Source: a virus
Virus record (IMG/VR): IMGVR_UViG_3300017987_000006
Coordinates: 96,001-160,000 of that record
Length of the DNA: 64,000 nt
Direction: 5' to 3' (one strand)
Shown: one piece after another, positions 1 through 8,554 of the stretch
Numbering within the stretch: the first letter of the stretch is position 1
Layout of the letters: every line of letters starts with the position of its first letter
Program-made: the position numbers and the translations under genes
Notes under the pieces: model-generated
Databases searched by the model: none
The model's input: only the letters and a program-made list of their open reading frames with translations
Told to the model about the DNA's origin: nothing

Positions 1-11
1 TGGGATACGCC

Positions 12-3000
12 TTGGCCAAAAACGACGAGTACATGCAGGCCAGGATGGAGGCGAAGATCGCAAAGCCCGAGTTTGCGACATTTGTTCCTTCTGGCGGAAA
101 TGGCGATACCTACACCTTCAGCGGGGTAGATCTGTTCGTGGGCGCGGCGGACTATCTACCGGAAACGCAAGCCGTTCGCGACTCGTTGATCTCCGTTCTG
201 GACACAAGCTACAACGAGCTGCTTGACGCCAGCGGAGACCGTGTGGTCGTCAAGGAGATCAGAAACGTCGGCGATTTGTCCTCCATTGTGGGCGATACGG
301 CTGGAGCTGGCGGAGACGATGATGGGTTCTACGATAGTGGAGCGCTCATTCGTTTTGGAACAGTCGATCCCGTCACGGGCGCGGCAAACCCCGGGTACTA
401 CACGTTGCCAGACGCGGTGGGAGTTGTCTTTGTGCATGGCTTGGCCAGGACGATCGATAGCTTGGCCACGGGTGGGTCAGAGCACTTGCTGCGGGATGGA
501 TGGTTCAAGGGTGCGACGAGAGGAATCTCGGAGATTCATGCGGGGACGTTTCTGAAGGACGGCAGCCGACTAGCCACCGGCAATTTCGACATGAACAGCA
601 AGAAGCTGTTGAATGTGGATGAAGCTAGAGGTGCCTCCGGCGCGGACATGCTTCTACATTCGCAGCAAGATCTCAACTTGCAAGATCAATATCTCACCGT
701 CCCTCTTTCCGAGGCCGGTGATACCTCGGTGGTCGGCGGTAAGAGCTCGGTGGTCGGCGCGGTCAACAACAACACATATTTGACGAATGCGTTATCCGGA
801 AACAGGTGCGTTGCTGGTGGGGCACTCACATTTGATCCAGGCGGCGCGTCGATAACAGTCCCGGCCGGGACTGTCGTGTCGCTTAACGGAACTGCGACTC
901 CCAAGAGCGGAGTTCACACCGTGGTAGGGTTGGGGTCAAACCTTGTTTTGGTAGTGGATGCGAGTGGGGCGTTCCAGGAGCGAGTAGTTGGCGGTGTCCT
1001 ATCAACGGATGCACCGATAGCTATATTTAATAGCACCGGGGCGGCCTTCGATCTGGAAATCGATGCGCGGTGGTTGGCCTCCCGAAACTCCTCTACTGAT
1101 GAGATCACTGTTGGCGATCGTCAGGGATGTGATTTTGTAGACCTGCAGGGTGCGCTGGACTTGGCCTACGCCGCATCTCTCATCACTGCAACTGGTACGG
1201 TAATGTCCGGGATTCCTACTATCCGTGTGCGTGGGACCGTCCCCGTGGCGAGCACGCTGTCTGTCCGTTGCGACGTCCGTATCATTGGAGATCCTGGTGC
1301 GTTGTTGGAGTCCGACGCCGCGTTTGACGTCGACACGAATTTCATCGAGTGCCCTACGACTGCTCATAAGATCATCATGGAGAACTTGTTAATCAAGTGG
1401 AGCGGATCATCTGCGCAGAACGCGGCCAACTCCATGATCGTCAACTGCGCTACAGGCAGCGTCTTTCTCGACCTCGACATCTATGGTGTGAACAGCACAA
1501 ACGGATTCGGCAGAGGATTCTTTTGGTCTTTGGCCGGTCAGGAACACATCGCTCTTCGGCGTTGTCGTTTTCGCCACCTGCAGAACAGCGTACTCAACAC
1601 CAACTCCAATGTGGACTACATGTCCATGCACAACATCCGCATCAGCGACTGCGATGGATCTAGCGATATCGGCCTGGCGTTGCTGGGAGAGGGGCACACG
1701 CTGGACCGCATACGGTTCGAGGATGATTCGTACGGAAGCGCAGTGAAGATCGGCCCAGGAAGTGAAATTAGGGAATCACATCTTCAGGGGGTTGGTCCGG
1801 TTGTGGAGTTTGATGACTCTAGCTCGACTCGCAAGGACTTCTTGATCGATGGGTGTACAATCTCTGCTACCACTCAATACGGTGTCTACACCGCGTTGGC
1901 GGCCAGCTATGAGATCCGGTGTACGATCAGGAACAGCGATATTTCTGGTAGTAGAGCACTTCAGATCGACAACGCCTCTAGTCCAGACAGAAGCACTCGC
2001 TACCATGTCGAAAACTGCAAGCTGTATGGCGACTCGACCTATATTGCGTACTTCTCGAACGCCAGGGACGTGCTCCTGACCAGCACCTACATCAAAGACG
2101 ACACAGGACTCAGCTCGGTTTACGCAACGGGTGATACTTCCCTGCGGGTCAAGTCCAGCACGTTCGAGGGAAACGCCGCGACAGAGCATATCGAGATGGA
2201 CAGCCCGACGGATGCACTGCTCGAGGGAAACCACTTCCTTAGCGGCAAGTATCAGATAAGCGGTACCGCGAGTCATATCCGTATTATAGGGAACTATCAC
2301 TATTACGGGGAGGAGGCTGCGATATATCTGTCCGGGGCGTCGGATGGGATCAAGATCATTGGCAACCACTTCGTCGGCAACAACTACTACTCGATCAGAA
2401 TTGATCATACATCAGCACTGCGTCCGATCATTTCAGAAAACGAGTTTTATCAGTGTGAGGCCCAGCCGGTTAGTGGAGACAACGGATTCGTAGTCCGGAT
2501 CCATGGAGCGACGGACTCGCACGCCAAGATCATCAACAATTCGTTCTACGAGTGCGGTGATTCAAGCGCCACGGACAACCGAGTGACATACATAGTGGAA
2601 ACAGGTGGGAGGAGTGAGGTTCGCGGGAATACGTTTGTCCAGGCATTGGGTCAGAATACACCCAGCATCTCTGACGAAGTGCGGTTTGTGGTGGTAGGGA
2701 ATTACTCCACTGTGGCAGACAACGAATTTCACCACGACTTTACGGTTGCGGATAGCGCACAACCGGAGAATATGATCGGGATCATTCCGGGAACATACAA
2801 CCGTGTTTCTGGAAACAGGTTCTATTGGCTCGGAACACACCCGGAGACCGCATCGCAGATGGTGGTTGTACGCGGGGTAGATCTGGCCAACGACCACTGT
2901 ACGCTGGAGAGCAACTTCATGGGGGCACACACTATGTCCCCGGTCACCTACCTCATTTACGCAGGAACGAACAACAGCATCGTCGCGCGGAACCAGTCCA

Positions 3001-3434
3001 TCGACGGTAGTATACTATCTACTGGTAATTACAACATGTTCCTCAGCAACGTAGTGGAGAACGACGATCTCAATGCTGGGGGGGATACTGATGACAACAA
3101 CGTTCTCATCGGAAACATCTCTGTTGGTAATGGGGATATAATGTGTGAGGGCGATAACTGCGTATTCGTCGGAAACGCGGCCTACGGAAACGGGGACATA
3201 TCTGCCGGCGTGACGCAAGAGACAGACGGAAACGAGAACGTTGTCATTGGGCAGCTGATGGGAGGGACGGGGACGTTGTATGCGCGGGGGCAGGATGTGA
3301 TCACTTTGGGTAACCAGAACACTGGAGCAGCAACGCTGTCATTCAACGTGAGCGCCGCCAGCGCAGCCAAGCCGCACAACGACACCATTACCAACCTCGG
3401 GGCACAGAACCTCAGAGATCAAATGAACGGATAG
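12..3434 (+). CDS. Tail fibre/tailspike-like protein with right-handed parallel beta-helix (pectin-lyase-like) region
   Basis: 1140 aa; C-terminal half has many short repeats such as IxGNHF, IxxNxF, VxGNxF, FxGNxA typical of beta-helix rungs; next to lysis-like genes; TTG start. Confidence 0.65.
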   Translation: MAKNDEYMQARMEAKIAKPEFATFVPSGGNGDTYTFSGVDLFVGAADYLPETQAVRDSLISVLDTSYNELLDASGDRVVVKEIRNVGDLSSIVGDTAGAGGDDDGFYDSGALIRFGTVDPVTGAANPGYYTLPDAVGVVFVHGLARTIDSLATGGSEHLLRDGWFKGATRGISEIHAGTFLKDGSRLATGNFDMNSKKLLNVDEARGASGADMLLHSQQDLNLQDQYLTVPLSEAGDTSVVGGKSSVVGAVNNNTYLTNALSGNRCVAGGALTFDPGGASITVPAGTVVSLNGTATPKSGVHTVVGLGSNLVLVVDASGAFQERVVGGVLSTDAPIAIFNSTGAAFDLEIDARWLASRNSSTDEITVGDRQGCDFVDLQGALDLAYAASLITATGTVMSGIPTIRVRGTVPVASTLSVRCDVRIIGDPGALLESDAAFDVDTNFIECPTTAHKIIMENLLIKWSGSSAQNAANSMIVNCATGSVFLDLDIYGVNSTNGFGRGFFWSLAGQEHIALRRCRFRHLQNSVLNTNSNVDYMSMHNIRISDCDGSSDIGLALLGEGHTLDRIRFEDDSYGSAVKIGPGSEIRESHLQGVGPVVEFDDSSSTRKDFLIDGCTISATTQYGVYTALAASYEIRCTIRNSDISGSRALQIDNASSPDRSTRYHVENCKLYGDSTYIAYFSNARDVLLTSTYIKDDTGLSSVYATGDTSLRVKSSTFEGNAATEHIEMDSPTDALLEGNHFLSGKYQISGTASHIRIIGNYHYYGEEAAIYLSGASDGIKIIGNHFVGNNYYSIRIDHTSALRPIISENEFYQCEAQPVSGDNGFVVRIHGATDSHAKIINNSFYECGDSSATDNRVTYIVETGGRSEVRGNTFVQALGQNTPSISDEVRFVVVGNYSTVADNEFHHDFTVADSAQPENMIGIIPGTYNRVSGNRFYWLGTHPETASQMVVVRGVDLANDHCTLESNFMGAHTMSPVTYLIYAGTNNSIVARNQSIDGSILSTGNYNMFLSNVVENDDLNAGGDTDDNNVLIGNISVGNGDIMCEGDNCVFVGNAAYGNGDISAGVTQETDGNENVVIGQLMGGTGTLYARGQDVITLGNQNTGAATLSFNVSAASAAKPHNDTITNLGAQNLRDQMNG

Positions 3435-3443
3435 GAGAGGGAC

Positions 3444-3812
3444 ATGGAAAAGATCACTGCGGTCATGGCGAGCTGGGAGGCCTTCCTTTTGGCGTTCGCC
3501 GCCTTCGCGATCATTGGAGTCATCAGGCGAGCCGGCACGAAGAAGGACAAGGACGGAAATGTGGTCGGGGGTTGGGCGCAGAGCAAGCCGTTCAGCATGT
3601 TCATGGACTTCTACCCTTACATCTTCTGCGGCGGGATGGTGTTCGTACCAGGGATCCCATTACCAGAGAAGCTGGAAGCGACAATCGGGGCCAAGGTCTT
3701 GTACGCTATCTACTGTGGGTGGCTCTCTGACAAGTCCTTTGCCATCGTCAAACGCGTGCTGGAGAAGGGGCTCGGCATGAAGTTCGGGGCGGACAAGAAC
3801 GGCAAGAAGTGA
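3444..3812 (+). CDS. Small membrane protein, holin-like
   Basis: 122 aa, 2-3 hydrophobic segments, basic C-terminus, good RBS (GAGAGG); position after tail fibre. Confidence 0.4.
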   Translation: MEKITAVMASWEAFLLAFAAFAIIGVIRRAGTKKDKDGNVVGGWAQSKPFSMFMDFYPYIFCGGMVFVPGIPLPEKLEATIGAKVLYAIYCGWLSDKSFAIVKRVLEKGLGMKFGADKNGKK

Positions 3813-4135
3813 TGTCCAAGACCTGGTCCTGGCTGAAGAAGAACTGGATGTGGTTGATCGCCCCCGTGACGATCGCCGTCCTCGTCATCCTCTACCTCAT
3901 GGGGTGGAGACCAGAGAAGAAGGACGACGTGGACTCCGTCACCCCGGACGATGCCGCCGACCAGGCCGTGGAGGACACCAACACGGCGCACGATGAGCGG
4001 GAGAAGGCCATCAAGGAGCTGGAGGCGGAGCATCGCGAGAAGCTCAGCGAGATGACGGAGGAGCAGCTCGAGGAGTTCGAGGAAGTCAAGAAGAAGCCCA
4101 TAGACGAGGTAGCTGCATGGATAGACAGTCTGTAG
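3809..4135 (+). CDS. Membrane-anchored acidic coiled-coil protein (inner spanin/Rz-like candidate)
   Basis: N-terminal TM (WMWLIAPVTIAVLVILYLMGW) followed by charged helical region; overlaps the previous stop. Confidence 0.4.
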   Translation: MMSKTWSWLKKNWMWLIAPVTIAVLVILYLMGWRPEKKDDVDSVTPDDAADQAVEDTNTAHDEREKAIKELEAEHREKLSEMTEEQLEEFEEVKKKPIDEVAAWIDSL

Positions 4136-4596
4136 CATCTTTCCTGGATGAGCTAGAAAAGATCGGTGCCACCGTCTTGATGAAGAGCTTGTCCCCTGCG
4201 GCCAAGCGCCTCATGCGCAAGGCAACGGGATTTACCGGATTGGCGGAAAAGGCGCAACCGGCGGCGGCCGCACAGATGCGGAGGGCCTTGGCGGGCCAGG
4301 GTCTTCACACTGAGGCCAGCATTCGTGCCGGTGGAGCTGGTCGGATAGCCAAGCGTCAAAGCCGTCGAGCGTACGATGAGGTCTTGAAGAGGCAGGGCCG
4401 GGTGTATCAAGGTACGCCGGGGTTGCAACAGCAGCTCGCGGCGATTCCTGGGCATCCGGGAACCATCACCAGAACACCGGCACGTATCGTTCCGCGCAGC
4501 GGTGTTTCGACCGTTAAACCTTCAGACGCGACTAGATCTGTAGCAGTTCCAAGACCTCAGCTGGCAGATCCATACGCTGCCACCGTTCTGGCGTAG
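4117..4596 (+). CDS. Basic hypothetical protein with ELEK leader (putative head-packaged protein)
   Basis: N-terminus MDRQSVASFLDELEKIG matches the leader shared by several ORFs. Confidence 0.6.
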   Translation: MDRQSVASFLDELEKIGATVLMKSLSPAAKRLMRKATGFTGLAEKAQPAAAAQMRRALAGQGLHTEASIRAGGAGRIAKRQSRRAYDEVLKRQGRVYQGTPGLQQQLAAIPGHPGTITRTPARIVPRSGVSTVKPSDATRSVAVPRPQLADPYAATVLA

Positions 4597-4599
4597 ATC

Positions 4600-6012
4600 A
4601 TGAATCGGAGAACTTTAAGATCGCTGTGGGAGGAGCTGGAGAAGTGCGCGGCTAAGCTAAAGACGGAACTTCTGCCGCACCAAGAGCGTGTGGTGCAGAA
4701 GATCAAGGGTCAGCGCGGACTTGTCGTCGCCCACGGTCTCGGTTCCGGAAAGACTCTTTCCTCCGTCGCCGCCGCGGTACAGCTCAAGCCCGATAGTACC
4801 AAGGTGCTCGTCCCCGCATCCCTGCAGGAGAACTACAAGAAGGAGATGCGGAAGCACGTCAAGGGCAGGCTGCCAGGCAAGCTGAAGGTGGAGAGCCTGC
4901 AGAACTACGCTTCCAAGGGCCTGATACCAAACAGCGATCTCCTCGTTGTAGATGAGGCGCACCGCGCACGCAACCCCGCGTCGAAGACCTATCAGATCTT
5001 GCATGACGCGGACAACAAGAAGCGACTGCTGCTGACGGCCTCCCCAACCTACAACCGGCCGGCGGACGTGGCGACGTTGGTGAACCTGGCGGCGGGGGAC
5101 AAGGTCCTGCCGGCGGGGGCTGAGTTCGACAAGAGGTACATCGCCAAGCCGGCCAAGGGTGTCTGGTCTCTGCTCCCATTCACTCGCAAACGTCCGGGGC
5201 TGGTCCGCAAACACGAGCTGAAGAAGCCGTTGCAGAAGTGGGTCGACTACCACAAGGCGGAGGGGGCGGACTTCCCGGACACCAGTGAGGAGCGGGTGGT
5301 CACCAGGATGTCCAAGCGGCAGACGCAGCTGCACGATCATGCTTGGGGCAAGCTGCCGCTGATGACTAGGATCAGATTGAGGCGCGGTCTCCCTCCTGGT
5401 AAGGAAGACCTGCCCAAGATGAACTTCTTCATGGGGCAGTCGCGCCAGATCGCGAGCACGGAATCACCCTTCACCAAGGGACAGGCCGAGACATCGCCCA
5501 AGCTCGTCCGCGCGGTGGACGATCTATCAGCGAGGACCGCCGAGAACCCACGGCATCGGGGTTTGGTGTACTCCAACTACCTGGGCACGCTACGTGACTA
5601 CTCGCGAGAGCTGGAGAAGCGGAAGATCCCGCATGCAGCGTTCACGGGAGCACAGTCCCAGAAAACACGCAAGCAGCTGGTCCGGGACTACAACAAGGGC
5701 AAGCTGAAGGCGTTGCTGGTATCCTCCGCCGGAGGCGAGGGGCTCGATCTGAAGGGTACTCGGCAGGTGCAGGTGCTCGAGCCGCACTGGAATGAGGAGA
5801 AGCTGAAGCAGGTCATCGGTCGAGCAGTGCGGCATGGATCTCACAGCCACTTGCCCGCAGAGGAGAGACATGTCAACATCCAGAGGTTCGAGGCAAAACC
5901 ACGTCACGGTGGGCGAGGAGTCGAGCAGGTGCTGTATGATACGGCAGAGGACAAGGAACGCTTGAACCAGGAGCTGCGTGGGTTGATCACCAAGGGACAA
6001 CGTCATGGGTAG
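4600..6012 (+). CDS. SF2 (SNF2-like) helicase/ATPase with ELEK leader
   Basis: Motifs AHGLGSGKT (I), VVDEAH (II), LLTASP (III), SSAGGEGLDL (V), QVIGRAVR (VI); N-terminal SLWEELEKCA. Confidence 0.9.
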   Translation: MNRRTLRSLWEELEKCAAKLKTELLPHQERVVQKIKGQRGLVVAHGLGSGKTLSSVAAAVQLKPDSTKVLVPASLQENYKKEMRKHVKGRLPGKLKVESLQNYASKGLIPNSDLLVVDEAHRARNPASKTYQILHDADNKKRLLLTASPTYNRPADVATLVNLAAGDKVLPAGAEFDKRYIAKPAKGVWSLLPFTRKRPGLVRKHELKKPLQKWVDYHKAEGADFPDTSEERVVTRMSKRQTQLHDHAWGKLPLMTRIRLRRGLPPGKEDLPKMNFFMGQSRQIASTESPFTKGQAETSPKLVRAVDDLSARTAENPRHRGLVYSNYLGTLRDYSRELEKRKIPHAAFTGAQSQKTRKQLVRDYNKGKLKALLVSSAGGEGLDLKGTRQVQVLEPHWNEEKLKQVIGRAVRHGSHSHLPAEERHVNIQRFEAKPRHGGRGVEQVLYDTAEDKERLNQELRGLITKGQRHG

Positions 6013-6250
6013 ACGATCTATGAGAGCGTTCTGGGGGGAGCTGGAGAGCCTGGAGAAGCAAGCGGAGACCCACAAGCTAGGTGCTATGTACCACGGCTCT
6101 CCGCGCAAGTTGGGCATACTGAAGCCTCGAGACGAGCATGGAGACCCACGCGTTGTAAAGCAGCGGCGGTGGTCAGAGAAGGATGATCGGGGGGACCTGG
6201 AACTGGAGCGAGGCGCGTGTGCCTCTGGCTATGGCGCAGCAAGCTCGTAA
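6005..6250 (+). CDS. Short ELEK-leader protein with YHGS motif (possible truncated ADP-ribosyltransferase-like domain)
   Basis: MGRRSMRAFWGELESLEKQA followed by MYHGSPRKLGILKP; start overlaps the helicase stop. Confidence 0.45.
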   Translation: MGRRSMRAFWGELESLEKQAETHKLGAMYHGSPRKLGILKPRDEHGDPRVVKQRRWSEKDDRGDLELERGACASGYGAASS

Positions 6251-7058
6251 GCGGAGCCTCAACATCGATGAGGCTCTGTGGGAGCTGGAGAAGAAGGCGC
6301 GGTGCATCGTGAAGTCGGAATACCTTGCCTGGAAGAAAAAGCGTGAGAAGCAGCTTGGTAGACCAATGACCTTCAAAGAGCTGGACACGGAGTTGTACAC
6401 CAGCCGTACGCCTCCTTGGGAGAAGAGGGCCTACAAGCTCCAAGGCAAGACCGAAGTCCAGGGCATCCCAATCTCCATTGAGAACCGCAAGGGCTCTGTC
6501 CGAAAGGGCACGGACTCGGACGGTAACGAGTGGAAGACTAAGATGCTCCTACCGTACGGATACGTCCGCGGCACGCGCGGAGCGGATGGCGAGCCGGTAG
6601 ACGCCTACGTCGGCCCGGACAAGGAAGCTCCGGACGCCTACGTTGTACACCAGAGGGATAAAGAGACCGGGAAGTACGACGAGGACAAGATCTTTTTTGG
6701 CATGAAATCCAAGAAGGATGTCAAGGAGGCGTTCTTGAAACACTACGACAGTCCAAAGTTCCTTGGGCCGATATCCCGTGTTCCTGTCGAGCGGCTAAAG
6801 GAGCTCATCACCTCCAAGCGCCGCCTCGTGAAAATCTCCGCGGCCAAAGATCAAAAGAACAAGGCCCTCCACTTCGCCCGCAAGGCAGGCCCTGGCCTCG
6901 GCGGCCTGGCCGGCCTGGGCATCGGCGCGGTCCTGGGAGCCCGCCGCGGAAAGCTCCTTAAGGGAGCCATCGCGGGTCTGGGAACCGGGGCAACACTGGG
7001 GTGGGTGCCGGACATGGCCGCCAACGCCCGCGAGGCCATCAGGAAGGTGAGTAAATGA
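6183..7058 (+). CDS. Protein with inorganic-pyrophosphatase-like domain (polyvalent-protein type) and Gly-rich hydrophobic tail
   Basis: GIPISIENRKGSVRKG...PYGYVRGTRGADGEPVDAYVGP...YDEDKIFFG matches the phage PPase-like domain; start uncertain (ATG at 6231 is an alternative). Confidence 0.7.
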   Translation: MIGGTWNWSEARVPLAMAQQARKRSLNIDEALWELEKKARCIVKSEYLAWKKKREKQLGRPMTFKELDTELYTSRTPPWEKRAYKLQGKTEVQGIPISIENRKGSVRKGTDSDGNEWKTKMLLPYGYVRGTRGADGEPVDAYVGPDKEAPDAYVVHQRDKETGKYDEDKIFFGMKSKKDVKEAFLKHYDSPKFLGPISRVPVERLKELITSKRRLVKISAAKDQKNKALHFARKAGPGLGGLAGLGIGAVLGARRGKLLKGAIAGLGTGATLGWVPDMAANAREAIRKVSK

Positions 7059-7585
7059 TCGCCTCGTTCTTCGATGAGCTGGAGAAGATAGCGCTGAGCC
7101 AGGGCTTACTCACCAGGGCGTACACCAAGGCCACACATCTGGCGGAGCGGTACGGTCGGCAGGGTGATAAATGGCGGCAGCGTAAAGGGTTCCCGAAGAA
7201 GAAGCTCAAAGACCCCCAGCGCTCGGAGAAGGCGTATAAGAAGGCGCGTAGGTACAGCGGCATAGGTCAGGCGATCAAGAAGAAGCTCGAGGAGGAGCCG
7301 CGTTCTCTGAAGCTGCGGAACGTCAGCCGCGGAGAGCACAAACACTTCCGCCAGATCTTCGAGACGCGCCAAGCGGTGAAGCAGAAGGCTGAACAAGAGG
7401 CGAAGAGGAAGATGAGAGCAGAAGTCGAGCGCCAGGTTCAGAAGAGACTCCTCCGCGAAACAAATCCTCGGGAGTACGCGTACCAGTTGTGGCGCGGCCC
7501 ACATACTCCAGACGATGCGATCTCCAAGAAGATGTTTGCGAAAAGGATGAAGCACCACGACGCTTCGATAAAGGCTACTAAATGA
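7055..7585 (+). CDS. Highly basic hypothetical protein with ELEK leader
   Basis: MIASFFDELEKIA then K/R-rich sequence. Confidence 0.6.
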   Translation: MIASFFDELEKIALSQGLLTRAYTKATHLAERYGRQGDKWRQRKGFPKKKLKDPQRSEKAYKKARRYSGIGQAIKKKLEEEPRSLKLRNVSRGEHKHFRQIFETRQAVKQKAEQEAKRKMRAEVERQVQKRLLRETNPREYAYQLWRGPHTPDDAISKKMFAKRMKHHDASIKATK

Positions 7586-8130
7586 GGGTCCTAATTATCT
7601 GCGCGCTAAGCCTCCTCAGCGCCCCTGTGAGCGCCCGGACCCCCTGCACCATCCAGGACTACTCCGACCCCTCCAAAGCGCCCGATTTCGGCTGCCCAGG
7701 CCCCCAGGAGCCCGCCCTGGTGCCCGAGCTGAGGCCCAAACCCTCAATGGGGATTGAAAACGGCGCGACGGTCCTAATTAAGAAGAAAAAGATTCCGGTA
7801 CTTTATGACGCCGTTCTGATGGACAAGCTGAAGGTCATCGAGCTGGGCTTGAAAATCAAGGGGTTACGAAGGCTGCGCTGGCTCGAGCGCCACAAGGGGG
7901 AGAAGCTCCTCGCGGTGGAGCGGAAGTACGTGGGCCAGCGCTACCAAGCCCAGCTGAAGCTCGAGCAGGAGCGGGTCAAGACCGCCAGGGGTCAGCGGGA
8001 TGACGCCAGGCAGGAGAGGGACGATTCGCGGAAGTGGTATAGGTCCTTTTCCTTCGGCTTCACCGTGGGGGCTGGGACCGTGGTCGTTGTCACGGCCGGC
8101 ATCGTCATCGCTGTCCTCGCCGCGCGATAG
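7582..8130 (+). CDS. Exported coiled-coil protein with C-terminal TM anchor (spanin-like candidate)
   Basis: Signal peptide (MRVLIICALSLLSAPVSA), coiled coil, C-terminal hydrophobic helix. Confidence 0.5.
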   Translation: MRVLIICALSLLSAPVSARTPCTIQDYSDPSKAPDFGCPGPQEPALVPELRPKPSMGIENGATVLIKKKKIPVLYDAVLMDKLKVIELGLKIKGLRRLRWLERHKGEKLLAVERKYVGQRYQAQLKLEQERVKTARGQRDDARQERDDSRKWYRSFSFGFTVGAGTVVVVTAGIVIAVLAAR

Positions 8131-8132
8131 CT

Positions 8133-8158
8133 AAGAAAAGATCCCGTGTGGTGGATCT
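8133..8158 (-). terminator. Putative intrinsic terminator
   Basis: Minus strand AGATCC-ACCACACG-GGATCT-TTTCTT. Confidence 0.45.
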
Positions 8159-8462
8159 GATCTGCAAGGGCCTTTTCGCTTCCGTTTCCGAAAGCCCGTA
8201 GCGACACGGATGATGCGGGACGTTAGCGCCCGACCCCTTGCCCGGACTCCAATTTCCTTCCTCACTACTTCGCTTTGACATCGCCCTCTGCTTCCACACA
8301 AGCAGGAGATCTGCCACCGACTGGTTAGGCCGGAGTCCGGCGTGCGGACCCCTACGAAAATGGAGAGATTGACCACTACCTCGGTTTCCCAACACGTGGC
8401 CAATGTTGGGGCCGGCAGGGAATGAAGGACACCTCCAGAGAAGAAGTTACGTTCCTCCCTGC
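8135..8462 (-). ncRNA. Candidate structured non-coding RNA 1 (unknown family)
   Basis: Intergenic, between an ATAAG motif and a terminator; several perfect 6-9 bp inverted repeats; no convincing ORF with RBS. Confidence 0.4.
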
Positions 8463-8466
8463 ACTT

Positions 8467-8487
8467 TTCTTATGACGCTTTTTGATC
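8467..8487 (-). promoter_or_regulatory. ATAAG-type putative phage promoter
   Basis: Minus strand GATCAAAAAGCGTCATAAGAA; near-identical architecture at 49665-49686. Confidence 0.5.
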
Positions 8488-8520
8488 GTCGTTTGTAGAC
8501 TAAAGACGGTATAGGGATTG

Positions 8521-8550
8521 AAAAGGACCGCCCCGGAGAAGGGGCGGCCC
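8521..8550 (-). terminator. Intrinsic terminator closing the replication operon
   Basis: Minus strand GGGCCGCCCC-TTCTCC-GGGGCGGTCC-TTTT just after the last leftward reading frame. Confidence 0.7.
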
Positions 8551-8554
8551 CTTA

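Noticed and set aside
8149-8154. tmRNA or tRNA suggested by CCACCA ends (here on minus, and near 46965 on plus)
   Set aside because: No T-arm GGTTCRA motif, no acceptor stem and no GGGG 5' end.
8131-8403. ORFs 8131..8403 and 46937..47197 as real proteins
   Set aside because: No RBS, atypical composition; the regions are better explained by RNA stems. Not fully excluded.
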